A stretch of 46,741 nucleotides of DNA, taken from assembly GCA_001873295.1 (NCBI GenBank), contig MNYW01000083.1:299-47039 (forward strand). The letters run 5' to 3'. The translations under genes and the position numbers were made by a program. The stretch comes from Nitrospirae bacterium CG2_30_70_394 (lineage in GTDB: Bacteria > CG2-30-53-67 > CG2-30-70-394). Under the pieces are notes generated by a model. That model did no database searches. It was not told the DNA's origin and worked only from the letters and a program-made list of their open reading frames with translations. Positions within the stretch are counted from its first letter, which is position 1; the number at the start of each line of letters is the position of its first letter. Shown in pieces: positions 21,852 to 30,517 of this stretch.

Positions 21852-22601
21852 ATGAGCCGCGTCGCCGATGTCCTGTTCGCCAACCGGGTGTGGAAGTCCG
21901 TCTTCCGCCACGGCTATCCAAGCAACCCGCGCAACCGTGCGGAGGTGATGTTTCAAAACGTCTTCCTCCACATCCAGTCGGTGAAGGTCTTCAAGCGGAG
22001 CCTGCAGGTGAGCGCCACCTTTGGCCTCGGGTTGACCCTCGCCTACCTCTTCCTCCTCCTCACCCTCAGCGGCTTTTTGCTGATGTTCTACTACGTCCCG
22101 GAGGTGCACCGCGCCTACGCGGACATGAAGGACCTGGAGTTTGCGGTGAGCTTCGGGGTGGTGCTTCGGAACATGCACCGGTGGGGTGCCCACGCGATGG
22201 TTGCCTTCACCTTCTTGCACATGGCGCGGATCTTTTACACCGGCGCGTACAAGGCACCGCGGGAGTTCAACTGGCTGATTGGCATCCTGTTGCTGGTCAT
22301 CACCCTCTTCCTCTCCCTCTCCGGCTACCTCCTGCCGTGGGACCAGCTCGCCTACTGGGCAATCACCATCGTGTCCAACCTGATCCGCACGACGCCGCCG
22401 GCCGACATCGTCGGCGCCGGCGCCAGCTATTTCGTCCTCGGGGGCACCCAGATCGGGCAGAACACCCTGATCCGGTTCTACGTGATGCACGTCTTTGGCC
22501 TGCCCGCCATCGCCGGAATCTTGATGGTGGTGCACTTCTGGCGGATCCGGAAGGACGGCGGTCTGGCGCGTCCGGACGAGAGCAACATCCCCTTGCGCTA
22601 G
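21852..22601 (+). CDS. Cytochrome b6-like subunit (N-terminal half of a split cytochrome b)
   Basis: SGFLLMFYYVP, RNMHRWGAH..LHMARIF, PREFNW, GYLLPWDQLAYWA and H-x14-H in helix D. Confidence 0.93.
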   Translation: MSRVADVLFANRVWKSVFRHGYPSNPRNRAEVMFQNVFLHIQSVKVFKRSLQVSATFGLGLTLAYLFLLLTLSGFLLMFYYVPEVHRAYADMKDLEFAVSFGVVLRNMHRWGAHAMVAFTFLHMARIFYTGAYKAPREFNWLIGILLLVITLFLSLSGYLLPWDQLAYWAITIVSNLIRTTPPADIVGAGASYFVLGGTQIGQNTLIRFYVMHVFGLPAIAGILMVVHFWRIRKDGGLARPDESNIPLR

Positions 22602-22656
22602 CACCGGGCCGGGCGGTCTTGGCGAGTTGCGCAGGCGGGACTCGAGGGAGGCAGCG

Positions 22657-23178
22657 ATGGCAGCGAAGCCGATGGACAACATGAAGTCGTACGGTCTGAT
22701 GAACCTGGTGCAGGGGAAGAGCCCGGCGATCCAGAAGGACCCGTACGACATGGTGATGAGTTGGCCCCACCTTCTCTTCCGCGAGGTGGTCCTTTTCCTC
22801 ATTGTCCTAACGATCATCATGGGGATGTCGATCCTGTTCAACGCGCCCCTGGAGGAGATGGCGGACCCGAAGAACACCCCCAACCCGGCCAAGGCGCCGT
22901 GGTACTTCCTCGGCTTACAAGAGGCGCTCTCCTGGGGTCCGCCGGTCCTCGGTGGGATCGTCTTCCCGACGGTCCTTGCCGGCTTGCTCATTGCCGTGCC
23001 GTACCTCGATCGGTCGCGCGACGGCATCGGCGTCTGGTTTCACCCCAAGCGGCGGACCATCAACATCCTCTTTACCGTGGGGATGGTCCTGTGGTTTGGC
23101 CTGATCGTCGTGGGGACCTTCCTGCGTGGCCCCAGTTGGGAGTTCTTCTGGTTCTGGGAGCCGTGGCCCATCCACTGA
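22657..23178 (+). CDS. Cytochrome b subunit IV-like protein (C-terminal half)
   Basis: WPHLL, ADPKNTPNPAKAPWYFLGLQE (APWY at the PEWY position) and PYLDR; three TM helices. Confidence 0.9.
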   Translation: MAAKPMDNMKSYGLMNLVQGKSPAIQKDPYDMVMSWPHLLFREVVLFLIVLTIIMGMSILFNAPLEEMADPKNTPNPAKAPWYFLGLQEALSWGPPVLGGIVFPTVLAGLLIAVPYLDRSRDGIGVWFHPKRRTINILFTVGMVLWFGLIVVGTFLRGPSWEFFWFWEPWPIH

Positions 23179-23246
23179 ACCGGGCGGGCGGGGCCGTTGT
23201 GTGAACAGCGAGGCCGGGGCGTGACCGCGGCCATCGGGAGAGGCGG

Positions 23247-25562
23247 ATGAGCACGAGCGTGGGCATCGTCATTGCGGTTCTGGTCCTGGCGGCGATCGCC
23301 GTCTTGCTGAAGATGAAGGCGTGGCGCCCCCTCTTCTTTGTCTTGGGGCTGGTGGTCTTCGGTCTCTTCTGGGGCCAGGTGGTGAAAGACCAGATTCACC
23401 CGTACGACGCTTACCAGCAGGAGTACCGGCAGCGGCTCGTGGAGCTCGCTGGCGGCGACCCGGCCAAGGTCGACTTCAAGCCCGGGATCGTTCAGCGCTA
23501 CATCCCGGCACTCAACCGCAGCGACCGGTGTGAGACCTGCCACCTCGCTGTCGACAACCCGCGCTTCAAGGACGCGAAGCAGCCCTTCACCACCCACCCA
23601 AATATCTCGACCCATCCGCCGGACCGGTTCGGATGCACCGTTTGCCACGAGGGCGTCGGGATCTCCGTCGACCTCCGCGGCGCCCATGGCCACCAGGAGA
23701 ACTGGCGCAACCCGGTTCTCGACAAGCGGCTCGTCCAGTCGCGTTGCGTCCAGTGTCACGAGCGCGGTGCGGCGCTCACCGGCTCCAGCCTCTACGCCCA
23801 GGGGGAGATCCTGTTCAACCGGGTTGGCTGCCTTGGCTGTCACCCGGTGAAGGGGCAAGAGCTGGAACGGCTGCCCGGGCCCGACCTGAGGATCCTCCCC
23901 AACAAAATGCAGCTCGACTGGCTGGCCGGCTGGCTCAAGGATCCGAACAGCTACCTCAAGAAGAGCTACATGCCGAACTTCGAGCTGAGCGACGACGACG
24001 TGAAGGCGATCACCTCCTACCTCGTTGCCTCCGCCCGTGGCTACCTGGCCGACCAGGGCGTGCCGAGTCTCGGCCGCGACGTCCCCACCGATCCCACGAA
24101 GGTGGCCGAGGGTAAGCAGCTCGTTCTGTCGGTCGGCTGCTTGGGCTGTCACAACATCGACGACGCTGTCCTGGTGGACGAGGCCGGTCTCGACCCGACG
24201 GTGCGCGAACGCAACTTCGGCCCTGACCTGGCGCGCACCGGCGACAAGCTCCACGGCCAGTGGATCAAGGAGTGGGTCCTCAACCCGCAGGGGCAGGACC
24301 CGAAGACCACCATGCCCAACATGCGCCTTAGCCCGAAGGAGGCCGAGGCGATCGCCGCCTACTTGCAGCAGAAGGGTGACTCCACGGTGGCGAAGATCGA
24401 CCTCGCCGCCGAGCCCGACAACGCCGAGCTGGTGGCGCGGGGCAAACAGCGGATCGAGTGGTTCAACTGCTCCGGTTGCCACCCGATCGCCGGCTTTGAG
24501 GGGCGCGCCTTCTACGGCCCCGAGCTCACCTTCGAGGGCGACCTGGACTACTTCCGCCTCGCCTTCGATTTGAAGAAGGAGGAGATGGTTGAGCGCGACG
24601 AGAAGGAGAAGGTCCAGAGCCACCTCCATGTGGCCAACTTCGTGCGCATGAAGCTGGAAGATGCGCGCCAGTTCCGGCCGGAGCTACTGAAGATGCCCAA
24701 CTTCCACTTCTCCCCCCAGGAGGTGGAGGCGCTCACCGTCTACGTCACCTCCCTCAAGGCGCGGGTCTACCCGGCGTCGTTCCACGTCGAGATGGACGAC
24801 CGCCGCAAGGCGATCTCCCGTGGCCGCGAGATGTTCGCCCGCTACAACTGCCGCGGTTGCCACGAGCTCGACCCCGCGGCGCCGCGCTCCTCCGGCCACC
24901 TGCGCGCCTATTACGCGGGTGAGGCCAAGGCCCTGGCGCCGCCGGTCCTCCACGGTGAGGGACGCAAGGTCCAGCCCCTGTGGGTCCAGGGCTTCATGCA
25001 GCGCCCGATCACCCTGCGGCCGTGGCTGGCCGTGCGCATGCCCACCTTCGGCCTCAGCGATGGCGAGGCGGAGACCCTCTCCGCCTACTTCATCGCCCTG
25101 GAGGAGAGTCAGCACCCGTTTTACGGCGTCGATTCCGGCAACCTCGACCCGGTCTCCGTGGCCGAAGGCAAAGAGCTCTTGATGCGCTTCAAGTGCCTCA
25201 AGTGCCACGTCCTCGGTGCGGAGATCCCGAAGGACAAGGCACCCAACGAGCTCGCCCCCAATCTGGAGCTCACCAAGAGCCGCCTGCGTCCGGCATGGAT
25301 CGACGAGTGGCTCACCGATCCCCAGGGGTTCCAGGCGGGGACCCGCATGCCCAACTTCTTCTTCTTCGACGAGATCGAGGACGAAAACGGCGAGGCGGTC
25401 CTCGACGCCGCCGGCAACCCGAAGCTCGACTACACGAACGACACGGCCAAGGACAACCTCGCCCAGATCCACAAGATGCGCGACTACCTCATGACCCTCG
25501 ACGCCGCCGAGGCGCGCCAGATGTGGTCGCGCCTTGGAAGCGGCGGTGACGCGGCGCAATGA
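23247..25562 (+). CDS. Membrane-anchored octahaem cytochrome c
   Basis: Two N-terminal TM segments; eight CxxCH (CETCH, CTVCH, CVQCH, CLGCH, CLGCH, CSGCH, CRGCH, CLKCH); five MPxF/M motifs. Confidence 0.92.
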   Translation: MSTSVGIVIAVLVLAAIAVLLKMKAWRPLFFVLGLVVFGLFWGQVVKDQIHPYDAYQQEYRQRLVELAGGDPAKVDFKPGIVQRYIPALNRSDRCETCHLAVDNPRFKDAKQPFTTHPNISTHPPDRFGCTVCHEGVGISVDLRGAHGHQENWRNPVLDKRLVQSRCVQCHERGAALTGSSLYAQGEILFNRVGCLGCHPVKGQELERLPGPDLRILPNKMQLDWLAGWLKDPNSYLKKSYMPNFELSDDDVKAITSYLVASARGYLADQGVPSLGRDVPTDPTKVAEGKQLVLSVGCLGCHNIDDAVLVDEAGLDPTVRERNFGPDLARTGDKLHGQWIKEWVLNPQGQDPKTTMPNMRLSPKEAEAIAAYLQQKGDSTVAKIDLAAEPDNAELVARGKQRIEWFNCSGCHPIAGFEGRAFYGPELTFEGDLDYFRLAFDLKKEEMVERDEKEKVQSHLHVANFVRMKLEDARQFRPELLKMPNFHFSPQEVEALTVYVTSLKARVYPASFHVEMDDRRKAISRGREMFARYNCRGCHELDPAAPRSSGHLRAYYAGEAKALAPPVLHGEGRKVQPLWVQGFMQRPITLRPWLAVRMPTFGLSDGEAETLSAYFIALEESQHPFYGVDSGNLDPVSVAEGKELLMRFKCLKCHVLGAEIPKDKAPNELAPNLELTKSRLRPAWIDEWLTDPQGFQAGTRMPNFFFFDEIEDENGEAVLDAAGNPKLDYTNDTAKDNLAQIHKMRDYLMTLDAAEARQMWSRLGSGGDAAQ

Positions 25563-25667
25563 AGTCCGCTTGTCTAGCCGCGTCGATCCATCAACCGTGA
25601 TCTGTCCGCACCCTGACCACCATTCGTCGCGACATCGTGTCGCGGCGTGACCCCAGGAGGAGTAGCC

Positions 25668-26366
25668 ATGAGTAGACACCCTGTCCTTTCCACCACCGCC
25701 ACCCTCGCCATGGCCCTCGGCCTCGCCGCCTCGCCGGCGAGCGGAGGCGACCTCAGCGGCAAGATCACCTACAAGGGCACCCCGCCCGCGGCGTCCATGC
25801 TGGACACCAAGTCCGACCCGGTCTGCCTCAAGGCCCACGGCACCATCCCCTCGGAAGAGGTGGTGGTGGGCGCGGGTGGCGGCCTGCAGAACGTCTTCAT
25901 CTACGTGAAGGAGGGGCTGGCGGGACAGAAGTTCGAGCCCACCGCAAACGCGGCGACCCTCGACCAGCAGGGGTGCCAGTACCGGCCCCACGTCCTCGGG
26001 GTGATGGCCGGGCAGAAGATCGACATCCTCAACAGCGACGAAACCCTGCACAACGTCCACCCGGTCCCCAAGGACAACCGCGAGTGGAACCTCGCCATGC
26101 CCTTCAAGGGGCAGAAGGTGACCAAGAAGTTTTCCAAACCGGAGATTGGCATCCACGTCACCTGCAACGTCCACGGCTGGATGAGCAACTACATCTGCGT
26201 GGTCGACAACCCCTTCTTCGCGGTCTCTGGAAACGACGGCACCTTCACCATCGCCGGCCTCCCGGATGGTGACTACACCCTCGCCGCCTGGCACGAGAAG
26301 TTTGGCGAAAAGACCGCCAAGGTCACCGTCAAGGGCGCCACCGCCACCACGTTCAGCTTCGAGTAG
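25668..26366 (+). CDS. Exported cupredoxin-like / carboxypeptidase-regulatory-like domain protein
   Basis: Signal peptide, LDQQGCQYRPHV, LHNVH, CNVHGWM and GTFTIAGLPDGDYTLAAWHE; strong AGGAGG RBS. Confidence 0.8.
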   Translation: MSRHPVLSTTATLAMALGLAASPASGGDLSGKITYKGTPPAASMLDTKSDPVCLKAHGTIPSEEVVVGAGGGLQNVFIYVKEGLAGQKFEPTANAATLDQQGCQYRPHVLGVMAGQKIDILNSDETLHNVHPVPKDNREWNLAMPFKGQKVTKKFSKPEIGIHVTCNVHGWMSNYICVVDNPFFAVSGNDGTFTIAGLPDGDYTLAAWHEKFGEKTAKVTVKGATATTFSFE

Positions 26367-26397
26367 AGCCGCCGGCCGCCGGCCGCGGAGCAAGATC

Positions 26398-26434
26398 AGC
26401 CCCCCGGACTCCCTGAGCCCGGGGGGCTTTTGTT
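26398..26434 (+). terminator. Rho-independent terminator of the Rieske/cyt b operon
   Basis: Stem AGCCCCCCGG / CCGGGGGGCT followed by TTTGTT. Confidence 0.8.
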
Positions 26435-26518
26435 GTGGCTCGTGCCCGCGGAGAGATCCACCCCACGACGCCGGCGCGGTTGTCCCTTTTGCCTTCGCGG
26501 GAGGCTGGGTCTTGTGGG

Positions 26519-29059
26519 TCAGACGCCGATGCGGCGGAGGCGGAGGATGGGGTTTTCGGGGAGGGCGGGGTCGGGGAGGTCGATCTCTGCCTCCAGCCAC
26601 CAGGTGCCATCGCCGGCGGGATCGAGGAGGGTCTGGGTGCAACGCCAGCGGCGCGGGGGGTTCTCGTGCAGGGTGGTGAGGTGGGGGCGGCGGGCGGCGG
26701 GGGTGAAGAGGATCTCGCCGTACTCGGCGAAGTAAGGGGCGAGGGCCTCCTCGATCCGGCGGGCGTCCCACGGATCCGCCTCGTCGGGACAGAGGCAGGT
26801 GGCCGCCTCCTCGTAGTCGCGCTCCGCCAGGGCGCCCACCAGGCGGTGGAGCTCGGTGCGCACCCGGGCAATAAAGGCGCGCGGGTTGCGGTGGGGGTTG
26901 AGGGATACCGGTTCGGCCGCCGGCGTCGCCTCCGGGTGGAGGCGGCGCTCCGGGTGTTGCATCTCCTCCCACTCCTCCAGCAGGGAGGCGTCGGCGGTCT
27001 CCAAGAGCGCGCGCACGTAGGCGACGATCTCGTCCACCGCATCGTCCTTGTACACATCGGGGACCGTGTGGCGGAGGCAGTTGTAGACCTGGCTCAGGTA
27101 GCGCAGGAGGACCCCCTCGGCGCGGGCGATGGCCAGGTAACGGACGTAGAGGGGGAAGGTGTAGAGCCCCTCCACCATCTCTCGCGCCACCCCCTTGGGG
27201 CGGATGTTCTCCCCCGCCACCCACGGGTGGTGGGCGGCGAAGCGGTTGAAGAGGGTGTAGATCTGCTCGGCGTTCGGCTTCGGGTAGGTGACCTCCTCCA
27301 GGCGCGCCATCCGCTCGTCGTACTCCACCCCCTCCGCCTTCAGGCGGCCGATCAGCTCGTCCTTGGCGTGGCGGATCTGGCCGTAGAGAACCGCCTGGGG
27401 GTTTTCGAGGATCGACTCCACCAGGGAGAGGAGGGCGAGGGGATAGCCGGGGTCGTCGCGATCGAGCTCGGCGAGGGCCGAAACGAGGAAGAGGGAGAGG
27501 GTGGTATGGAGTGAGAAGTCGTGCTGCAGGTGGCTGGCGAGCCGCAGGTCGCTGGTGGGGCGGCCGGGGCGGCGGGCGACGGTGATGATCCCGGCGCCGC
27601 GCAGGGAGCGGAACAGGGTGGCGGCGCGCCGCCGGTGGTAGCGCTTGGCGCCGTCGCCGTCGTGGGCGTGGCGGATCAGGTCGATGACCGCGCCGTAGCC
27701 GCCGGCGCGCTCGTGGTGCTCGATGCCGTGCTGGAGGCGCTGGAGGAGCAGCCCGTGGGTGATCTCGAAACGCGACTCGAGGGGTTCGGGGGGCTGGCTG
27801 GTGAGGCGCACGAAGGTCGCCTCGTTCCAGTTCACGAACCCCTTGGGTGCGGCCCGTTTGACGACCCGCCGCTTGTTGCCCTCCGCCACCTTCGCCACCG
27901 CCCGTTTGTTGGCGATGGTGTGTTCCGGCGCCTGGGCCACCACCCAGCCCGCGTCGTCGAACCCCTTGCGGCCGGCGCGGCCGGCGATCTGCAGAAAGTC
28001 GCGCACAGAAAGCAGCGCAACCTTGTCGCCGTCGTACTTCGAGAGGCGCGAGAAGAGGACCGTGCGGATCGGGATGTTCACCCCGACGCCCAAGGTGTCG
28101 GTGCCGCAGATCACCTTCAGCAGCCCTGCCTGCGCGAGCCGCTCCACTAGCCGCCGATAGCGCGGCAACAAGCCGGCGTGGTGGACGCCGATGCCATGGC
28201 GCAGAAAGCGGGAGAGCTCCTTGCCGTACGGGGTGTCGAGGCGCACGCCGGTGAGTTCCTTGCCGAGGGCGCGCTTCTGCTCGGCGTCGGTGATCTTCGC
28301 TGAGGTGAGCGCCTGGGCCTGGTCGGCGCAATCGCGTTGGGTGAAGTGGACGATGTAGATCGGCGCCCGCTGGCTCTCGACCAGCGCCTCGACGGTCTCG
28401 TGGATCGGCGTCTCGCGGTACTCGAAGGTGAGCGGCACCGGCCGCTCCACCGCGCTCACCTCGGCGACCGCACGGCCGGTGCGGGCGGTGAGCCGCTCGC
28501 GGATCGCCGCGGTGTTGCCGAGGGTGGCGGACATGAGGAGGAAGGTAGTGGCCGGCAGGGCCAGCAGCGGCACCTGCCACGCCATGCCGCGGTCGCGGTC
28601 GCCGTAGTAGTGAAACTCGTCCATCACCACATAGGGCGCGTCCACCTCGTCGCCGCGGCGCAGCGCCTGGTTGGCGAGGACCTCGGCGGTGCAGCAGCAG
28701 ATCGGGGCATCGGGGTTGATCGTCGCGTCTCCCGTCTGCATCCCGACCCGCTGCGGGCCGAAGGTGGCGCACAGGGCGAAGAACTTCTCGTTCACCAGCG
28801 CCTTGATCGGCGCGGTGTAGATCGACCGGCTCTGCTCGCTCAGCGCCTTGAAGTGCAGCGCCGTGGCGACCAGCGACTTGCCCGAGCCGGTGGGGGTGGC
28901 GAGGACCACGTGGTGGCCGGCGAACAGCTCGAGGATCGCCTCCTCCTGCGCCGGGTAGAGGGTGAGCCCCTGACCCGCCACCCAGGTGAGGAAGCGGTCG
29001 AGGACGTCGCCGGCGGCGAGGTGGCTCCCTTCCGGGAGGAGGTCGGCGAGGGTGGCCAT
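26519..29059 (-). CDS. DEAD/DEAH-box (Ski2-like) helicase, DUF3516-type
   Basis: TPTGSGKS, APIKALVNEK, MDEFHYY, MSAT, GTDTLGVG and QIAGRAGR. Start at ATG 29059. Confidence 0.9.
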   Translation of the reverse strand: MATLADLLPEGSHLAAGDVLDRFLTWVAGQGLTLYPAQEEAILELFAGHHVVLATPTGSGKSLVATALHFKALSEQSRSIYTAPIKALVNEKFFALCATFGPQRVGMQTGDATINPDAPICCCTAEVLANQALRRGDEVDAPYVVMDEFHYYGDRDRGMAWQVPLLALPATTFLLMSATLGNTAAIRERLTARTGRAVAEVSAVERPVPLTFEYRETPIHETVEALVESQRAPIYIVHFTQRDCADQAQALTSAKITDAEQKRALGKELTGVRLDTPYGKELSRFLRHGIGVHHAGLLPRYRRLVERLAQAGLLKVICGTDTLGVGVNIPIRTVLFSRLSKYDGDKVALLSVRDFLQIAGRAGRKGFDDAGWVVAQAPEHTIANKRAVAKVAEGNKRRVVKRAAPKGFVNWNEATFVRLTSQPPEPLESRFEITHGLLLQRLQHGIEHHERAGGYGAVIDLIRHAHDGDGAKRYHRRRAATLFRSLRGAGIITVARRPGRPTSDLRLASHLQHDFSLHTTLSLFLVSALAELDRDDPGYPLALLSLVESILENPQAVLYGQIRHAKDELIGRLKAEGVEYDERMARLEEVTYPKPNAEQIYTLFNRFAAHHPWVAGENIRPKGVAREMVEGLYTFPLYVRYLAIARAEGVLLRYLSQVYNCLRHTVPDVYKDDAVDEIVAYVRALLETADASLLEEWEEMQHPERRLHPEATPAAEPVSLNPHRNPRAFIARVRTELHRLVGALAERDYEEAATCLCPDEADPWDARRIEEALAPYFAEYGEILFTPAARRPHLTTLHENPPRRWRCTQTLLDPAGDGTWWLEAEIDLPDPALPENPILRLRRIGV

Positions 29060-29272
29060 GGCGGGGAGAGAGGGGGGGGAAAAAGGGCGGGCAGCGGGGA
29101 TGGGGCGAAGGGTGGAGGAAGAGGTGGGGAAAAGGTCGGTCCGGTGGGCTTCGGATCGTTTGGGGGCGCAGGCAGCGGGGATGGGGTGGGGCGGGTGGGG
29201 CGATCCGGCGGGCTCCACCGCTCACGCCAACCTCTTTTGCCGGCTACCCCGCGGTCGTGGCGCGCGGCGCGT

Positions 29273-30127
29273 TCACTCCCCGGTGAGGTGGGCAGCTTCG
29301 GTCTCCGCCGCCGCGTCGGCCAGGGCGACGCGGTTGCGGCCACCGTGCTTGGCCTGATAGAGGGCGCCGTCGGCGCGCGCGATGAGGGCCTCGCCGCTCA
29401 CCGGGTGTTCCACGTCGAGGCGGGAGAGGCCAATGCTGATGGTGATCGGCCCGGCCTCCGGCGGGAGGGCGAAGGGGTGGCTGGAGACGGTGGTCAGCAG
29501 CCGGTGGGCGAGGCGGAGCGCCTCGGTCTCGTCGGTGTAGGGGAGGAGGATGACGAACTCCTCGCCGCCGTAACGGGCGGAGATATCACTCGCCCGCAGC
29601 CCCGAGCGGATCAACTCGGCGATGGTCCGTAGCACCCGGTCGCCGGCCGGGTGGCCGTAGGTGTCGTTCACCCGCTTGAAGTGGTCGATGTCGATCATCA
29701 TCAGCGACAGGGGCAGGCGGTGGCGGCGGGCGGCGCGCAGGTACTCCGCCAACCGCTCGAAGAAATAGCGCCGGTTGTACATGCCGGTGAGCTCGTCGGT
29801 GACCGAGATCGCCTCCAGGCGGAGGTTGAGCCCCTCCATCAGGGTCGCCTGCGCCGCCGCCTCCCGCTGCTCGCGGACGATCGCGTCGAAGGCGCGACCG
29901 AGGAGATAGCCGGCGATGGCGAAGCAGAGCCCCGAGCCGAGGGTCATGTAGCCATAGAGGAGGGCGTGGTTGGCGAGCTCGACCTTCACCTCCGGCCACG
30001 ACCACAGCCCCTGGTGGGGAATCTGGAGGATGAACCAGCCAAGCGGCGCGATGAACGCGATGGCGACGCCCAGAAGCGGAAAACGCCACCGCCGGGGAAT
30101 GGGGTCTCTGACGCGATCCGCGGCCAT
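29273..30127 (-). CDS. Membrane-bound diguanylate cyclase
   Basis: Two TM helices, coiled coil, TDELTGMYNRR, DIDHFKRVND, RASD I-site and GGEEF. Confidence 0.92.
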   Translation of the reverse strand: MAADRVRDPIPRRWRFPLLGVAIAFIAPLGWFILQIPHQGLWSWPEVKVELANHALLYGYMTLGSGLCFAIAGYLLGRAFDAIVREQREAAAQATLMEGLNLRLEAISVTDELTGMYNRRYFFERLAEYLRAARRHRLPLSLMMIDIDHFKRVNDTYGHPAGDRVLRTIAELIRSGLRASDISARYGGEEFVILLPYTDETEALRLAHRLLTTVSSHPFALPPEAGPITISIGLSRLDVEHPVSGEALIARADGALYQAKHGGRNRVALADAAAETEAAHLTGE

Positions 30128-30200
30128 GGCGCTACTTTCCCGTGGTCCAGGCCGTCCGTCAAAGCGGCGTGGTCGCCCACGCCCGGGGACGCCAAGGAGA

Positions 30201-30416
30201 GCGACCGGTCGTGACCTCGGCGTCTGTGCGCGAGACCCGCCTTCCAGCCCCGCGCCTCGCCCGATTGCTGCGCCCGCGACGCCCACCCCTTTCTACCTTC
30301 AATTTCTCCTGCGTTGAGTCGTCTGCCCCCCTTTCCGATTCGCGCCGATTCGCAGTGAATCGCGGCCCGCTCGACAAGCCATCTTCCCTCCCCCTTTCTA
30401 CTTCCTACTTTCCTTT
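30201..30416 (-). repeat. Dispersed modular intergenic repeat, copy 1
   Basis: Reverse complement of 30336-30389 matches 42142-42195 and 46236-46286. 30241-30295 matches 42235-42289. 30201-30216 is the exact reverse complement of 46361-46376. Confidence 0.85.
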
Positions 30417-30446
30417 GCGCGAGCCCTGCCTTGTGGGCCGCGGCCG

Positions 30447-30484
30447 AAAGCAAAGGGCCCGGGGGTCGATCGACCCCCGGGCCC
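30447..30484 (-). terminator. Terminator of the RND operon
   Basis: Perfect 30-bp palindrome GGGCCCGGGGGTCGA/TCGACCCCCGGGCCC (30455-30484) followed by TTTGCTTT on the minus strand. Confidence 0.75.
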
Positions 30485-30517
30485 CGGGTGCTACGGCTTG
30501 GGTGGGTGAGTTGCGCC

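Noticed and set aside
29090-29186. 16-bp direct repeat GGCAGCGGGGATGGGG (period 81) upstream of the helicase
   Set aside because: Short, G-rich and outside the size class of the other units; may be chance or old slippage.
24684-29225. 1513-aa minus-strand ORF
   Set aside because: Pro/Arg-rich shadow frame overlapping the helicase and antisense to the cytochrome and cupredoxin genes; typical of high-GC DNA.
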